Assembly (NCBI GenBank): GCA_964493715.1
Contig: CAZBPC010000016.1
Span: forward strand, 1 to 48,876
Length of the DNA stretch: 48,876 nucleotides
Origin: an uncultured archaeon
GTDB lineage: Archaea > Asgardarchaeota > Lokiarchaeia > Sigyniarchaeales > SOKP01
Direction of reading: 5' to 3'
Shown: in pieces, positions 47,259 to 48,876 of the stretch
Position numbering within the stretch: the stretch's first letter is position 1
Layout: every line of letters begins with the position of its first letter
Translations under genes and position numbers: made by a program
Notes under the pieces: generated by a model
What the model saw: the letters and a program-made list of their open reading frames with translations, nothing else
The model's database searches: none
Told to the model about the DNA's origin: nothing

Positions 47259-48876
47259 ATGATGAGACCAAAAATACAAAAACTTCAAGATGCAGAAAAG
47301 ATAGCGGCTGGTGAGGTCGTTGAACGCCCCGCTAATATTGTGAAAGAAATAGTGGAAAACAGTATCGATTCGGGGGCGAACGAAATCCGTATCATAGTAA
47401 AGAAAGCAGGAAAATCCTCAATACAAGTCATTGATAATGGCATTGGAATTCATCCTGATGAGATAGAATTAGCTTTTCAGAGATATACGAGTAGTAAAAT
47501 CAGAACAATAAAAGATCTTGAAAACCTCTCTACTTTAGGGTTTAGAGGTGAAGCTTTGGCAAGTATTGCTGCCGTTAGTGAAGTCGAAATAACTTCAAGG
47601 ATTAAAGAGTTCAAAACAGGAGTTAGATTAAGAATAAACGGAGGAATAATTACTGAAAAAAAGGAAATATCAGGGCCAATCGGTACGAATATAAAAATAA
47701 ATAATTTATTTTATAATACACCAGCGAGACAAAAATTTCTAAAAAAGGATATAACGGAATTAGGTCATATTACAGATATTATACAACGATATTCGCTTGC
47801 ATATCCAGACATACACTTTATTTATTTAAACAACGATCTTACAATTTTAAATTGCCCAGCATCTAATGATCTAAAGACTACAGCATATCATATCTATGGA
47901 AAAAAAATAGCCCAAGCATTAGAAGAGATTAACCATGATAAACCCAATTTTAAATTGCATGGATTAATTGGAGGAAGAGACATAGCTAAAAAAAGCCGGA
48001 GCCAATCAAGTTTTTTCCTTAATAGAAGATATATCGTTAGTGATTTATTATATAGGGCTGTACAGGAAGCTTATAAAGGAACCCTCATGACTAACACCTT
48101 TCCTTTTTTTATATTATATTTGGAAATAGACCCTTCCATGGTGGATTTTAACGTGCACCCGAAAAAATTAGAAGTAAGATTTGAAGATGAAGAATTTATC
48201 TATAATAAAGTATACTCAGTTTTGCGTGGGTTTATTGAAAAGAAATACATGAAAGATGAGGAACTTTCTTCTACTGATTTGAACTCTTACATAGCTACCG
48301 ATAATACAATACCTAAAAGAATGCTTCATGGTGATCAGGATCAAAAATTAAAAATAGAACCAACCCGGGATAAAGCAGTACAACTTGAAATTACAGATCA
48401 CCTATCAAATAACGAAAATGAAATCCCAGAAACTTTTATCCGAGAGAAATACGTAGTTGCTAAAAATTTTCCAAAATTAAGATTGATATCCAAAACGGGG
48501 CAACTAAGCAATAAGATATACGTAATTCTAGAGGGAGTAAATCAAGAGGGAGAATCGGGAATTTATCTCTTGGATCAACATGCTGCTTCCGAGCGGATAA
48601 CTAAAGAATACTTTATTGAGCAATTTGAATCATCAAAAAAAAGTAAGCAAGCACTAATAATACCCTTAACAGTTGAGGTTTCTCCGAGTGAAAAATATTT
48701 TTTACTTTCAAATATCAATGAAATTAAAAAGCTTGGATTTGACTTTGAACATTTTGGGGGCAATACTTTTATATTGAGAGAGATTCCGGTAATTATAGAA
48801 AAAACAGTGAATGCAAATATCATTAAAGACATCGTAAGCGATATTACAGAAATTGGAAAGGATTGTAGTTTCTCAG
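47259..48876 (+). CDS. mutL: DNA mismatch repair endonuclease MutL (runs off window end)
   Basis: Manual translation: MMRPKIQKLQDAEKIAAGEVVERPANIVKEIVENSIDSGA, DNGIG, GFRGEALASI and VDFNVHP; in-frame DQHAASERITKE endonuclease motif at 48573. Confidence 0.96.
   Translation, partial: MMRPKIQKLQDAEKIAAGEVVERPANIVKEIVENSIDSGANEIRIIVKKAGKSSIQVIDNGIGIHPDEIELAFQRYTSSKIRTIKDLENLSTLGFRGEALASIAAVSEVEITSRIKEFKTGVRLRINGGIITEKKEISGPIGTNIKINNLFYNTPARQKFLKKDITELGHITDIIQRYSLAYPDIHFIYLNNDLTILNCPASNDLKTTAYHIYGKKIAQALEEINHDKPNFKLHGLIGGRDIAKKSRSQSSFFLNRRYIVSDLLYRAVQEAYKGTLMTNTFPFFILYLEIDPSMVDFNVHPKKLEVRFEDEEFIYNKVYSVLRGFIEKKYMKDEELSSTDLNSYIATDNTIPKRMLHGDQDQKLKIEPTRDKAVQLEITDHLSNNENEIPETFIREKYVVAKNFPKLRLISKTGQLSNKIYVILEGVNQEGESGIYLLDQHAASERITKEYFIEQFESSKKSKQALIIPLTVEVSPSEKYFLLSNINEIKKLGFDFEHFGGNTFILREIPVIIEKTVNANIIKDIVSDITEIGKDCSFS

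Noticed and set aside
350-48832. Short track ORFs antisense or out of frame to confident genes (e.g. 350-532, 1359-1598, 2341-2586, 4832-5750 set, 8831-9115, 18956-19291, 32330-32605, 37999-38331, 48575-48832)
   Set aside because: They are shadows of well-supported genes and show no motifs.
1-48876. tRNA, rRNA, CRISPR array, transposase or integrase
   Set aside because: By eye I saw no cloverleaf or GC-rich RNA gene, no regularly spaced repeats and no mobility ORFs; an Infernal scan would be needed to exclude small RNAs.

Overview
This is an AT-rich archaeal chromosomal segment. Gene content points to an Asgard archaeon, probably Lokiarchaeia: thermosome, Rpo3-eL18-uL13-uS9, Sm, RIO2, Clp1, a Rag-like GTPase-roadblock fusion, a gelsolin-like domain, a multi-PAS kinase and bacterial-type MutS/MutL (taxonomy inferred). 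Most of it is housekeeping or metabolic: hdrA (partial), pckG, msrB, trpS, trmI, glyA, aroA/aroC, porGDAB and mutS/mutL (mutL partial). I saw no tRNA, rRNA, CRISPR array or transposase. Features most worth following up: (1) a gelsolin-like domain fused to four TM helices; (2) an MglA/CvnD-like GTPase-wHTH fusion with Leu at the catalytic Gln position; (3) two genes that appear to need non-AUG starts (ATA, ATT) placed 6 nt after a GGTGA Shine-Dalgarno (SD); (4) an orphan circularly permuted ATP-grasp ligase near an unannotated 53-aa zinc-finger microprotein and a very acidic Cys4 protein; (5) a synonymously recoded second copy of the Sm gene 3' end beside a decaying Zn-finger gene. All family calls come from motif recognition by eye, with no database searches.
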